From Candidatus Atribacteria bacterium (GTDB lineage: Bacteria; Atribacterota; Phoenicimicrobiia; Phoenicimicrobiales; Stramentimicrobiaceae), in the NCBI GenBank assembly GCA_029556475.1, contig JAKQEP010000126.1, positions 2,655 through 66,654 on the forward strand: DNA of 64,000 nt. Reading direction: 5' to 3'. Positions within the stretch are counted from its first letter, which is position 1; every line of letters starts with the position of its first letter. Positions 49,164 to 58,589 of this stretch are shown here, in pieces. A program made the translations under genes and the position numbers. The notes under the pieces are model-generated. The model was not told the DNA's origin and made no database searches. It saw only the letters and a program-made list of their open reading frames with translations.

Positions 49164-50267
49164 ATGTTCAACAAAAAGAAAGCTTCAATTATTATCTCTA
49201 TTCTTTTTTTCAGTATCTTTATGCTTACAGGCTGGGCTTCTGAATTAAAACTCACCGATACTCTGGGACGTGAAGTTGCTGTACCAACAGAGATTAATCG
49301 TATCCTGGCAGTAGGCTGCTCTCTCAGGGAGACCCTTTCTTTTGATGTAGCTGATAAAATTGTGGGAATCGAGTACCGGGAAAAGGCAAAAACAGACGAA
49401 AAAGGGGCACCTCAAGGTTCAGAACTCTCTTATATGTTGGCTTTCCCCGAATTATATGATTTACCGGTAGTGAATGTTGGAGTTGGAGGGAGTGAATTTA
49501 ATTATGAGATTATTATAGGGCTGAATCCAGACATAATCTTTTTAGGAGCTAGTGATGTACAGAAAGTAGATACTTTACAGAGTAAGACTGGTATCCCCGT
49601 TCTGGCAGTATATACTGATGCTACCGGTACTCCTAAACAGGACGAGATATATTATAAATCCTTAAGGTTTATGGGTAAAGTTCTGGGCAATGAAGAAAGA
49701 GCTGAAGAACTGATAAACGACATTGAAGCATATTATAAAGACCTAGCAGAGAGAACCAAAGAAATTTCTGCTGAAAAGAGAGTGTCGGTCTATATTGGTG
49801 GTAGAGCTTTTTACGGTTCCCATGGAATGACAGCCACTGACCCTCAATGGCCTTCATTCAATCTAACCAATGCTTTAAATGTAGCACATGAATTATCTGA
49901 TATGAGTTCTGGTAAAAATATTGATAAAGAAGTATTGGTAGCATGGGACCCGGAAGTAATATTCCTATCTCCTGTGTCTCTGTCAATCATTGAAACTGAA
50001 TTGCAATCCTCTCCCTTTAAAGAATTAAGAGCTGTCAGAGGTGGTAAAGTACATATTGTCCTACCTTACTGCTGGTATACTTATAACAAGGAAAATGCAC
50101 TGGTTGATGCCTATTATGTTGGTAAGGTAATCTATCCTGAGCTTTTTGAAGACATTGGCCTTGACCAGAAGGGTGTAGAAATATTTAAGAAATTCTATGG
50201 TAATAGTGGTGAAAAAGCCTACTATGCTATTAAAGAAAGGTTTAATGCCTTGAAAGAATATAACTAG
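49164..50267 (+). CDS. ABC transporter substrate-binding protein, class III (iron-siderophore/cobalamin, BtuF/FhuD-like)
   Basis: Signal peptide; TroA-like periplasmic binding-protein fold motifs (LTDTLGREVAVP...RILAVG). Followed by an FecCD permease and ATPase. Confidence 0.75.
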   Translation: MFNKKKASIIISILFFSIFMLTGWASELKLTDTLGREVAVPTEINRILAVGCSLRETLSFDVADKIVGIEYREKAKTDEKGAPQGSELSYMLAFPELYDLPVVNVGVGGSEFNYEIIIGLNPDIIFLGASDVQKVDTLQSKTGIPVLAVYTDATGTPKQDEIYYKSLRFMGKVLGNEERAEELINDIEAYYKDLAERTKEISAEKRVSVYIGGRAFYGSHGMTATDPQWPSFNLTNALNVAHELSDMSSGKNIDKEVLVAWDPEVIFLSPVSLSIIETELQSSPFKELRAVRGGKVHIVLPYCWYTYNKENALVDAYYVGKVIYPELFEDIGLDQKGVEIFKKFYGNSGEKAYYAIKERFNALKEYN

Positions 50268-50281
50268 GCAAGAATTAATCT

Positions 50282-51343
50282 TTGAAAAATATAACGGATA
50301 AAAATTTAACAGAACAATATATTAAGCTAAACCAGAAAAAAGTATTGATAGGAGGCTTACTGCTAATCCTTTTATGCCTGTTTAGCCTTCTATCACTTTC
50401 TATTGGTGGTTATAAACTTACCCTGGCTGAGATTTACCAGACCCTGATTGGCAGGAGTAGTAGTTCTGCGGACCTGATAATATGGAATATACGATTGCCC
50501 AGGATATTTGCAGCCCTCATTGCGGGTATTTCTTTGTCGGTTTCAGGTGCTGTAATGCAATGTACCCTCAGAAACCCTCTGGCTTCCCCCTATACCATTG
50601 GAATATCACATGGCGCTATGTTTGGAGCTGCCCTCGCTATTATTCTTTTTGGTATAGGTGGAGCTGAAAGCACCGGCAAAATATTTATTAGCAGTCCTTA
50701 CCTGGTAACCGTTTTCGCTTTTTTGGGTTCTTTAATAGCTGTTTCAGTAATACTGCTGCTGGCCAAGATAAAAAGTTTTGCGCCAGAGGCTATTGTACTG
50801 GCAGGGGTAGCAATGAGTTCACTCTTTACTGCCGGTACTATGTTGATGCAATATTTTGCCAATGATCTGCAGCTGGCAGCTATGGTGTACTGGACATTTG
50901 GTGACCTGGGACGGCCTAACTGGCCAGAGGTCGGTTTAATGAGTATTGTTATGCTCCTTTCCATAGCTTATTTTATTTATCAGCGCTGGGAATATAATGC
51001 TTTGGAAAGTGGTGAGGAGAGCGCCAAATCGCTGGGTGTAAATACTGAAAAGACAAGATTATTGGGAATGCTGGTAGCCTCTATTCTGGTATCTATCAAT
51101 GTCTCCTTCCTGGGTATTATTGGTTTTGTAGGACTAATCTGCCCGCATTTAGTAAGGATTTTGATTGGCGGCGACTATCGATATCTAATTCCTATATCTG
51201 CCTTAATGGGTGCATTACTATTGCTCATTTCCGATACAGTTGCACGTATTATTATCTCCCCCCTGGTCTTACCGGTGGGAATACTGACCTCTTTTATGGG
51301 TGCACCAATCTTTCTATACCTGCTTATCAAGAGATATAGATAA
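50282..51343 (+). CDS. FecCD/BtuC family ABC transporter permease
   Basis: 353 aa, 9-10 TM helices, FecCD signature region. Confidence 0.85.
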   Translation: MKNITDKNLTEQYIKLNQKKVLIGGLLLILLCLFSLLSLSIGGYKLTLAEIYQTLIGRSSSSADLIIWNIRLPRIFAALIAGISLSVSGAVMQCTLRNPLASPYTIGISHGAMFGAALAIILFGIGGAESTGKIFISSPYLVTVFAFLGSLIAVSVILLLAKIKSFAPEAIVLAGVAMSSLFTAGTMLMQYFANDLQLAAMVYWTFGDLGRPNWPEVGLMSIVMLLSIAYFIYQRWEYNALESGEESAKSLGVNTEKTRLLGMLVASILVSINVSFLGIIGFVGLICPHLVRILIGGDYRYLIPISALMGALLLLISDTVARIIISPLVLPVGILTSFMGAPIFLYLLIKRYR

Positions 51344-51424
51344 AAAAAATGATTTTATTGCATTTTGAAATTTAAATTGAGCTTATTAACAAATGTATGT
51401 ATTCAAAAGAAATAACCGGGGTGA

Positions 51425-52186
51425 TTGTCAATGATTCTTAACGTAGATGGTATTGAGTTTTCTTATCCAAGCAAAAATGTCTTAAAGAATATTAAATTCA
51501 GTGTAAACCGGGGAGAGGTTGTCTCAATTCTGGGAATTAACGGAGCCGGGAAATCTACCTTATTAAAATGTATCAACCGGATATTGAAACCTCAAAAAGG
51601 AACAGTATTCATAGATGAATTTGATTTGAAAAAATTGAATAGTAAAAAGATTGCTCAAAAAATGGCTTATGTACCTCAAAACATCGCTGGAAATAATTTT
51701 ATGACTGTTTTTGATACAGTTCTTCTGGGTAGGAAACCTTATATAGAATGGGATGCTACAGAAAAAGATTTAGAAATCACCGGCAATATTTTAAAGCTGA
51801 TGCAATTAGAAAAATATGCCTTGCGTAATGTCTTTGAATTAAGTGGTGGTGAACTCCAGAAAGTCATTATCGCCAGAGCACTGGTTCAGGAACCAAGAGT
51901 ACTCTTATTGGACGAACCGGCCAATAATCTCGATTTGAAAAACCAGCTGGAAGTAATGAAATTAATTGGGAATATCTCCAAAACACAAAATATTTCTGCT
52001 ATTATGGTTATTCATGATTTAAATCTGGCATTGAGGTTTTCTGATAAGTTTATTATGTTAAAAGATGAAAAGATTTTTTCAGAAGGTGACAGCGAAATAA
52101 TAAATTCACAGAATATCAAAGAAGTATTCAATGTTAAGGCATATGTTGATAAATATAATGATATACCTATTGTAGTTTTAGCATAA
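51425..52186 (+). CDS. ABC transporter ATP-binding protein (FepC/BtuD-like)
   Basis: GINGAGKSTLL, LSGGELQKV, LLLDEPANNLD. Confidence 0.85.
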   Translation: MSMILNVDGIEFSYPSKNVLKNIKFSVNRGEVVSILGINGAGKSTLLKCINRILKPQKGTVFIDEFDLKKLNSKKIAQKMAYVPQNIAGNNFMTVFDTVLLGRKPYIEWDATEKDLEITGNILKLMQLEKYALRNVFELSGGELQKVIIARALVQEPRVLLLDEPANNLDLKNQLEVMKLIGNISKTQNISAIMVIHDLNLALRFSDKFIMLKDEKIFSEGDSEIINSQNIKEVFNVKAYVDKYNDIPIVVLA

Positions 52187-52328
52187 ATATTGTCATCTTT
52201 AAATATTTTCTGTTATTGCCTACTTTGACTGTAAAGATTAAAAATAAAGCCTATATTTTATTATTTCATATAGTACTAAATATTTAAAATCTTTTTCTTT
52301 GTGTCAAGTAATAAATAAAAATACTTAT

Positions 52329-52366
52329 TTGACAAAATTAATTATAAATATTATATAATATATCTG
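52329..52366 (+). promoter_or_regulatory. Sigma70-type promoter TTGACA-N17/19-TATATA/TATAAT upstream of the riboswitch
   Basis: TTGACA at 52329..52334 followed by ...tattatataat...; about 40 nt upstream of the riboswitch core. Confidence 0.4.
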
Positions 52367-52399
52367 TAGCTTAAAAATTTAATAGAGTTTTAGGCAATT

Positions 52400-52650
52400 G
52401 GCAATCATGGTTCAGAGATGATTAAAAAGGAAAACGGTGTAAGACCGTTGCTGTTGTCGCATCTGTAACCAGCGTTATTCCCGGCATTATTCACTGCCCA
52501 TCAGGTGGGAAGGATAATGTCAAAAGGGGCTGGAAGCCAGAAGACTTACCATGATTGACTGCTTGGAAAACCTCCGACATAGAGGGAAAGCAATAATATT
52601 GCATTTGAAGAATCATTTGAGCTGCCTTCTAAAAAGGAGGCAGCTTTTTT
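52400..52650 (+). ncRNA. Cobalamin (B12) riboswitch with expression-platform terminator
   Basis: Core aGGAAAAcGGTGtAAgaCCgttgCtGttgtCGCatCTGTaacc matches the cobalamin-riboswitch consensus GGGAAnnnGGTGnAAnnCCnnnnCnGnCCCGCnACTGT. A B12-box-like ttCACTGcccatcagGTGGGAAGG lies downstream. Ends in a hairpin plus T-tract. Controls the btuB-like receptor. Confidence 0.7.
52621..52650 (+). terminator. Intrinsic terminator (GCTGCCT-loop-AGGCAGC + TTTTTT) of the riboswitch expression platform
   Basis: 7-bp perfect stem with 10-nt loop, followed by six T. Confidence 0.7.
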
Positions 52651-52663
52651 ATTTTAAAAAGAA

Positions 52664-52672
52664 GGGGGGGGG
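52664..52672 (+). repeat. Homopolymeric G9 tract between the riboswitch terminator and the btuB-like RBS
   Basis: gaaGGGGGGGGGtt; the only long G/C homopolymer seen in this AT-rich window. Confidence 0.6.
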
Positions 52673-52723
52673 TTATTTATTTTTTCAAATAAGAACATTT
52701 TATAACATGTAAAGGAGTTATTT

Positions 52724-54613
52724 ATGTTTAAAAAAACATTTTTTTTCATTACGCTAACTATTACGCTTTTAATACTTTTGTGCTCTTTAACAAATAATGT
52801 TTTTGCATCCGAAAATGAGATAATCATTTTTTCGTTAGAAGAGATAATAGTTATTGCCTCAAAATATCCAGAAAGATTATTTGATTCGCCTGCCAGTGTA
52901 GAGGTAATAAATGAAGAGCAAATTTTTAATACCAAAGCAGAGAATTTAGCATCTATTTTAAAAAATATTGCCGGAGTAGAAATAACAGATTATGGCACTC
53001 CAGGTGATATTAAAGCAATAAGTATTAGAGGCTCCTCTCCCGAGCAGGTCCTGGTAATGATTGACGGACAGGTAGCCAATGGTGTACAGACCGGTAAAAT
53101 TGACCTTGGTTTAATACCAGCAGATATGATAGAAAAGATTGAAATATATCGTGGATCAGCCTCTGCTCTCTATGGAGCAAATGCCCTGGGCGGTGTAATT
53201 AATATTATTACTAAAAAGGGTGGTAAAAAAGAAGGAACATTAAGCATACATTATGGTAATTACCATACTCAGAAATACAATGTTTCATACCAGGACAGAA
53301 TTGATGACTATACCTATTTTTTAACAGGAGAGTATTTTAAAACTGAAGGAAGCAAAGAGAACAGTCAATTAGAAAAATTATCTTTTATGAGTAGAGTTTC
53401 TAAAGAAATTGACTCTCAAACTGAGCTGGATTTAATTATCCGTTTCAATGACCATCAGAGAGGCATACCAGGTTCGCTTGATTTCCCCTCTCCTAATGCC
53501 TGGCAAAATGACCGTACTTTTAGTATGAATATAAACTGGCAAAAAACAGAGGAAGACAGAGATTACAATATAGTGGCCTGGTATGATTTTCATAAACTCT
53601 CTTATGACAACCCGGATGAATGGGGATATGATGGTACCTCTATACATAAAAATAATAGTAGCGGAATCTCTTTTGACACCACTTATTACGATTTCACTTT
53701 TGGAAACAAGAAAGAATCTGCCTATACTCATACCTTAACCTGGGGTGGTGATATAAGTTATAACTGGACAGACAGTACCGATATTGGTAAACATCAAAAT
53801 CTGCAGGGTGCTGTCTTTATTCAGGATGCCTGGCAAATAAAAGAAAAACTTTCTGCCACTGCTGGGCTTCGTTATGATTACAACCAATTATTTGCAGGAC
53901 AATTAAACCCCAGAATCGGCTTAAACTACAGACTGCAGGACGAACTTAGCCTTCATATGTCTGTTAGCCGTGCCTATAGGGCACCTAATTATAATGACCT
54001 TTACTGGCCTGAAGATGGCTTTGTAGGAGGAAATGTTAATTTGCTACCGGAAATAGCATGGGCTTATGAGGCGGGAATGCGCTTTATAAATAAAAAAGGT
54101 GATACTCAAGCTGAGCTGAATCTATTTAGAAAAAATGTAAAAGACCTGATCAATTGGGCTGCTGATTCTGATGGAATATGGCGGCCATCCAATATTGGAA
54201 CTGCAAGAGTAGATGGCTTAGAGTTCATCACACGAAAAGACTTTAATAATCACCTGACTGCTAACTTAAACTATACTTTTTTAAATGCTATAGACCTTGA
54301 ATCAGGCACTCAATTAAAACCAAAACACAAATATGGAATTGGTTTAACTTATTCAGACCAATTTGGGAAAAATAATGATGATTTTGTAATTAACCTGGAT
54401 GGCTACCTGGTTGCTGGCAGACCTGACAATCAAGAAGCTTATTATCTCTTTGATATAAATGCAGCAAGAGATTTTTCATTAGGAAAGGATAAAAATAAAA
54501 AGGTTAATTTAAGTTTTTCTGTCAAAAACATATTCAATCAGAAACCGGAGCTGGTTAGCGGCTATCCGATTCAGGGTAGAACATATCTACTGGGTATCAG
54601 TACCAGATTTTAA
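52724..54613 (+). CDS. TonB-dependent outer membrane receptor, BtuB-like (cobalamin/siderophore)
   Basis: Signal peptide, TonB box/plug domain (ETIVIAS...; plug motifs IRGSSPEQVLVMIDG), C-terminal beta-barrel ending ...YLLGISTRF. Preceded by the cobalamin riboswitch. Confidence 0.85.
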   Translation: MFKKTFFFITLTITLLILLCSLTNNVFASENEIIIFSLEEIIVIASKYPERLFDSPASVEVINEEQIFNTKAENLASILKNIAGVEITDYGTPGDIKAISIRGSSPEQVLVMIDGQVANGVQTGKIDLGLIPADMIEKIEIYRGSASALYGANALGGVINIITKKGGKKEGTLSIHYGNYHTQKYNVSYQDRIDDYTYFLTGEYFKTEGSKENSQLEKLSFMSRVSKEIDSQTELDLIIRFNDHQRGIPGSLDFPSPNAWQNDRTFSMNINWQKTEEDRDYNIVAWYDFHKLSYDNPDEWGYDGTSIHKNNSSGISFDTTYYDFTFGNKKESAYTHTLTWGGDISYNWTDSTDIGKHQNLQGAVFIQDAWQIKEKLSATAGLRYDYNQLFAGQLNPRIGLNYRLQDELSLHMSVSRAYRAPNYNDLYWPEDGFVGGNVNLLPEIAWAYEAGMRFINKKGDTQAELNLFRKNVKDLINWAADSDGIWRPSNIGTARVDGLEFITRKDFNNHLTANLNYTFLNAIDLESGTQLKPKHKYGIGLTYSDQFGKNNDDFVINLDGYLVAGRPDNQEAYYLFDINAARDFSLGKDKNKKVNLSFSVKNIFNQKPELVSGYPIQGRTYLLGISTRF

Positions 54614-54625
54614 ATAAAAATAAGA

Positions 54626-55531
54626 GTGGGATGGTCTATCTTTTTTGGACTATCCCTCTCCTTCTTTAAGAGAATGGAAAATAGATTTTTTATCTTTGCT
54701 TTAATAATTTCTTTAATATTTCATTATTGGGCTATTATGTTCTTTTCTGATATTGCAACTAGCTGGAAATATCTGGAAAATAAAAATGAAATAATTGTCT
54801 CAGCCAGTATAGATTATTTTATGCCACCTTCTCTCGGTCAGCCCGTCGAAGAAGAGTTTGACACACCATACTTAAATAAAGAATCAGCTCTTGCTGAAAC
54901 AAACCGATCAGAAGAGATTGAGTTACCAGAGGAAATTTTTGAAAAAGAAGAACTTGATAAGAAAGAGATTTCCGTTACCGAACAATACTTATCAGAAACA
55001 GAAGAAATTCTTATAGACGAAATGCCTTCCCATAACGATACAATTAATGAGCGGGATGAATCTGAAAACAATTATATTAAAGAGGAAACAAACAAAACCG
55101 ATGACCTGATTTTGGTTAAAACGAAGGACTCTGTTATGATAGAACAAGCTCAGGAAAATATTTATGAGAAAAAGTTAATGGCTGAAGAGAAGGTAGAGCT
55201 CAAACAATCCCAAAATGATTCTCCCCTTGACTTAACAAGTATCGATTTAAATAATGAATCTATCATTGCTCCAAAAGTAATCTCTTTCCAGCCACCAGAA
55301 TACCCTGACAATTTTAGACGTAGAGGTATTGAAGGAAGAGTTCAAATTAAGGCATTGATAGACAAAAAAGGTGATGTTGTTGAAATTATGATAGATACCT
55401 CCTCAGGTTATCCCGGTTTTGACCGAAATGCTATTGAATCAATTTCAAAATGGAAATTTCAACCAGCATATTATAACAATGAGGAAAGAGCCTGCTGGGT
55501 TTTAATCCCGATAATTTTTCAATTAAAATAG
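54626..55531 (+). CDS. tonB: Energy transducer TonB (N-terminal TM anchor, acidic/Pro-poor linker, C-terminal TonB domain)
   Basis: C-terminal 90 aa (...QPPEYPDNFRRRGIEGRVQIKALIDKKGDVVEIMID...) match the TonB C-terminal domain. The start may be the internal Met at about 54674. Confidence 0.7.
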   Translation: MGWSIFFGLSLSFFKRMENRFFIFALIISLIFHYWAIMFFSDIATSWKYLENKNEIIVSASIDYFMPPSLGQPVEEEFDTPYLNKESALAETNRSEEIELPEEIFEKEELDKKEISVTEQYLSETEEILIDEMPSHNDTINERDESENNYIKEETNKTDDLILVKTKDSVMIEQAQENIYEKKLMAEEKVELKQSQNDSPLDLTSIDLNNESIIAPKVISFQPPEYPDNFRRRGIEGRVQIKALIDKKGDVVEIMIDTSSGYPGFDRNAIESISKWKFQPAYYNNEERACWVLIPIIFQLK

Positions 55532-55551
55532 ATTTAGAAAGAGGATGAAAG

Positions 55552-56178
55552 ATGAAAATATTAATTGAACAGGGAGGAATCGTGATCTATCCCCTTTTAA
55601 CCCTATCTGTTGTAACTCTTGCAATAATCATAGAGCGTTTCTTTTATTTTATTAGAATCAGAAAAAATATTCCTGAGAAGGTGATGTCCAAAATTAAGAA
55701 TAATTTACAACGTGCTAATTCGATGGATGAAATCAGTTTTTTAAAAAATTCTCCCAACCCCATATGTCATGTTTTATACAACGGAATCGTAGCCTGGAGA
55801 GAGAATAGTTTAGAGATTGAAAGAGCTATGGAAGAAACAAAATTGATAGAATTTCCTAAAATGGAGAAAAACCTTACTATGTTGCATTTTATAGCAAAAA
55901 TAAGTCCTTCCCTGGGATTACTGGGAACAGTTACCGGAATGATAAAGACTTTCCATTTCCTGTCTTTAGATATTGAACCACAATTATTGGCACAGGGAAT
56001 ATCTGAAGCACTAATCACTACTGCCTTTGGACTGAGCCTTTCTATCCCCGCCTTTGCCGCTTATTATTATTTTATGAATAAAATAGAAAATTTGATAAAA
56101 AATGCTGAAAAAAGAGAGCTGGAATTAATTAACCATATACAAAAACTGGGTAATAAAGATGCGCAAATACAGGCTTAA
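55552..56178 (+). CDS. exbB: MotA/TolQ/ExbB proton channel family protein
   Basis: 208 aa, three TM helices, conserved ...LGLLGTVTGMI... motif. Confidence 0.85.
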   Translation: MKILIEQGGIVIYPLLTLSVVTLAIIIERFFYFIRIRKNIPEKVMSKIKNNLQRANSMDEISFLKNSPNPICHVLYNGIVAWRENSLEIERAMEETKLIEFPKMEKNLTMLHFIAKISPSLGLLGTVTGMIKTFHFLSLDIEPQLLAQGISEALITTAFGLSLSIPAFAAYYYFMNKIENLIKNAEKRELELINHIQKLGNKDAQIQA

Positions 56179-56572
56179 AAAAATTGATGATATGGAAATA
56201 AATATTGCTTCTCTTGTCGATATAATTTTTCTTCTACTTCTTTTTTTTGTTGTTGCTTCAACTCTTGATACAGGCATTATTAGGGCAACTGTAAGGCTTC
56301 CTAACTCTGGAGAACTGTCTAATATTGAGAAGATAGACTCAATTACTCTTTTTCTAGATAGAGAAGGGGCAATCTACACAGAAAAAGAGCATCTCCCCTG
56401 GGATTATCTGTCATCTTATTTAAGAAAAAATACTGTAGGTACAGACAGAGGTATAGATGTTTATGCTGATAAAGAAGTTGGTTTTGATTATGTGGCGAGA
56501 ATAATAGTTGCTGGAAGTGAGCTAGGAATTGAAAAGATAAATTTTCTTTTACAACGAGAGTATTCGGATTAA
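56159..56572 (+). CDS. exbD: ExbD/TolR biopolymer transport protein
   Basis: 137 aa, single TM (INIASLVDIIFLLLLFFVV), overlaps exbB by 20 nt. Confidence 0.8.
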   Translation: MRKYRLKKIDDMEINIASLVDIIFLLLLFFVVASTLDTGIIRATVRLPNSGELSNIEKIDSITLFLDREGAIYTEKEHLPWDYLSSYLRKNTVGTDRGIDVYADKEVGFDYVARIIVAGSELGIEKINFLLQREYSD

Positions 56573-56594
56573 TTTTTTCTTAAAAGATGTGTGG

Positions 56595-56631
56595 AAGGAA
56601 CAATAATCTAGTAGAATTTTGTTTGTTCCTT
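56595..56631. terminator. Hairpin (9-bp perfect stem AAGGAACAA/TTGTTCCTT, 19-nt loop) between the convergent exbD and radical SAM genes
   Basis: Stem arms at 56595..56603 and 56623..56631; the flanking T-tract is weak, so terminator function is uncertain. Confidence 0.4.
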
Positions 56632-56665
56632 AGATGCCATATTAATTGAGCTATGTTACACATAT

Positions 56666-57700
56666 CTATTGATTAGTATTATTTTCACCGGACATTCCAA
56701 TACCACCTATTTTTTCTCCGCAGAAAGGGCATTTGCTATTTTTAATCTTATTATTAGTAGAAAAATATTTCCTGCTGATAATTGTTTTGCCGCAAGAGGG
56801 ACAAAGTGTATTTTCACCCTCTCCTACGTTTCCTTCATATACATAATGCAGCCCTTTATCTTTACCGATTTTATATGCTCTTTGCAGAGTAGATACTGGT
56901 GTAGGAGGAGTATCATTCAATTTATAGGTTGGATAAAAAGCAGAAATGTGCCAGGGAATTCCTTTATCAATATCAACAATAAATTGGGCAATTTCTCCCA
57001 GCTCATCATCTCCGTCATTGTATCCCGGGATAATCAGAGTAGTTATCTCAATCCAGATTCTCAGTTCATAGTATTGCTTAATCCTATCTAAGACCGGTTT
57101 TAATCTGGCACCACAAACCTTCCGGTAAAATGTATCGCTCATTGCTTTTAGGTCAATATTGGCTGCATCAAGATATGGAGCAATATGATTTAAAGCATCC
57201 AGACTGATATAACCATTGGTAACAAAAATATTTTTCAGTCCCACCTGACGGGCAAGCTGAGATATTTCAAGGGCTGTTTCGTAGTAGATGGTTGGTTCTG
57301 TATATGTATAGGAGATAGAAAGGCATCCACTCTCCTGAGCATGCTGTACTATTCTTTCAGGAGAGATAAATTCACCTCCTATCTTCTTATCACTACTCAG
57401 CTGAGAGATAGACCAGTTCTGACAATGCAAGCAACGAAAGTTACATCCCATAGCAGCAATGGAATAAGATTGAGAGCCAGGATAAAAATGAAACAAGGGT
57501 TTCTTTTCAATAGGGTCTATGTTTGCAGCAATTAATTTTCTATAGTTTAGAGTATTTAAAACACCTTCCTGGTTTTCTCTAACTCGACAGATACCTCTCT
57601 TGTCTGGCGAAATTACACAATAGTGGGAACAGAGTAAACATTGCACCTTATTATTCTCCAGCCTCTTATAAAACATTGCTTCCTGTACCATTAATATCAC
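56666..57700 (-). CDS. AmmeMemoRadiSam-system-type radical SAM enzyme (PflA-like activase family) with C-terminal zinc ribbon
   Basis: N-terminal CLLCSHYC...GICRVREN cluster, radical SAM CNFRCLHCQNW, C-terminal CPSCG...CPFCGE. Confidence 0.65.
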   Translation of the reverse strand: MILMVQEAMFYKRLENNKVQCLLCSHYCVISPDKRGICRVRENQEGVLNTLNYRKLIAANIDPIEKKPLFHFYPGSQSYSIAAMGCNFRCLHCQNWSISQLSSDKKIGGEFISPERIVQHAQESGCLSISYTYTEPTIYYETALEISQLARQVGLKNIFVTNGYISLDALNHIAPYLDAANIDLKAMSDTFYRKVCGARLKPVLDRIKQYYELRIWIEITTLIIPGYNDGDDELGEIAQFIVDIDKGIPWHISAFYPTYKLNDTPPTPVSTLQRAYKIGKDKGLHYVYEGNVGEGENTLCPSCGKTIISRKYFSTNNKIKNSKCPFCGEKIGGIGMSGENNTNQ

Positions 57701-57718
57701 CTGCTATTCTAAATATTA

Positions 57719-58453
57719 CTAAATTCCTATTGCCAAGCGCTGGGCTAAAAAGTGAGGAAGATGGGCTTTAATAATTTTTCTCTGAGCCCTTTCTATTGCA
57801 TAATTTACCCGTTTAATATTTATAACCCCTTTTTCAGAATCAAACAAGACATAGCTGGCCTGAGGATTACCATCACGGGGCTGGCCGACACTACCACAAT
57901 TAACAATATAACTATGCTTTTCATCTAAGACCAGGTCTGCTCCTGCTGTTGCTTCAAAATACTTTATTATCCTGTTATTACGGTGAAAGGTAAAAATTCC
58001 GGGGACATGGCTATGTCCGATAAAATATACTTTAAAATCAAATTTGTTAAAAATTCCCTCTGCAGTCTGTTCATCCAGAATGTATTCCCAAAGAGGCTGG
58101 CGGGGACTGCCATGTACACCCAGTATATCATTGGTAATATCAACTTTTTTTGGTAAACTGTGGATGTAGTGAAAGTCCTGTTCTCTAAGTTGCTTCATTG
58201 TCCATTCGAGAGATTGTTTGGCATAATCATTAAAATAGTATAGCTCTAATTCTCCGGTTATGGCACCTTCATGGTTTCCTTTTATACACAAGCAATCTAT
58301 TTCCTTCATCTTTTCAAGACAATAAATAGGGTCAGCTCCATAGCCAATAATATCTCCCAGACAATAAAATTGCTCAACATTTGTCAACTTATTTAATACA
58401 GCCTCTAACGCTTCTCTATTGCTATGGATATCTGAGATAATTCCTATTTTCAA
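57719..58453 (-). CDS. Metallophosphoesterase (YfcE/MJ0936-like calcineurin-fold phosphodiesterase)
   Basis: MKIGIISDIHSN, GDIIGYG, GNHE, GHSHV motifs. Confidence 0.8.
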   Translation of the reverse strand: MKIGIISDIHSNREALEAVLNKLTNVEQFYCLGDIIGYGADPIYCLEKMKEIDCLCIKGNHEGAITGELELYYFNDYAKQSLEWTMKQLREQDFHYIHSLPKKVDITNDILGVHGSPRQPLWEYILDEQTAEGIFNKFDFKVYFIGHSHVPGIFTFHRNNRIIKYFEATAGADLVLDEKHSYIVNCGSVGQPRDGNPQASYVLFDSEKGVINIKRVNYAIERAQRKIIKAHLPHFLAQRLAIGI

Positions 58454-58499
58454 AACTGAATACCCCTAAATAAATAGTGATAAGCAATTAATAATTAGT

Positions 58500-58585
58500 T
58501 GTTTGTGAAATCCCAGGTTGTTGGTTATAAAGTTTATAGTTTTTGATATCTTTCATTTTTACTATAGATTAAAAACTATGAACGA
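58500..58585. repeat. Copy of the dispersed intergenic repeat family (mixed orientation words)
   Basis: ccaggttgttggttataaagtttatagttttt (reverse complement of aaaaactataaactt) and aaaaactatgaacgata. Confidence 0.4.
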
Positions 58586-58589
58586 TATA

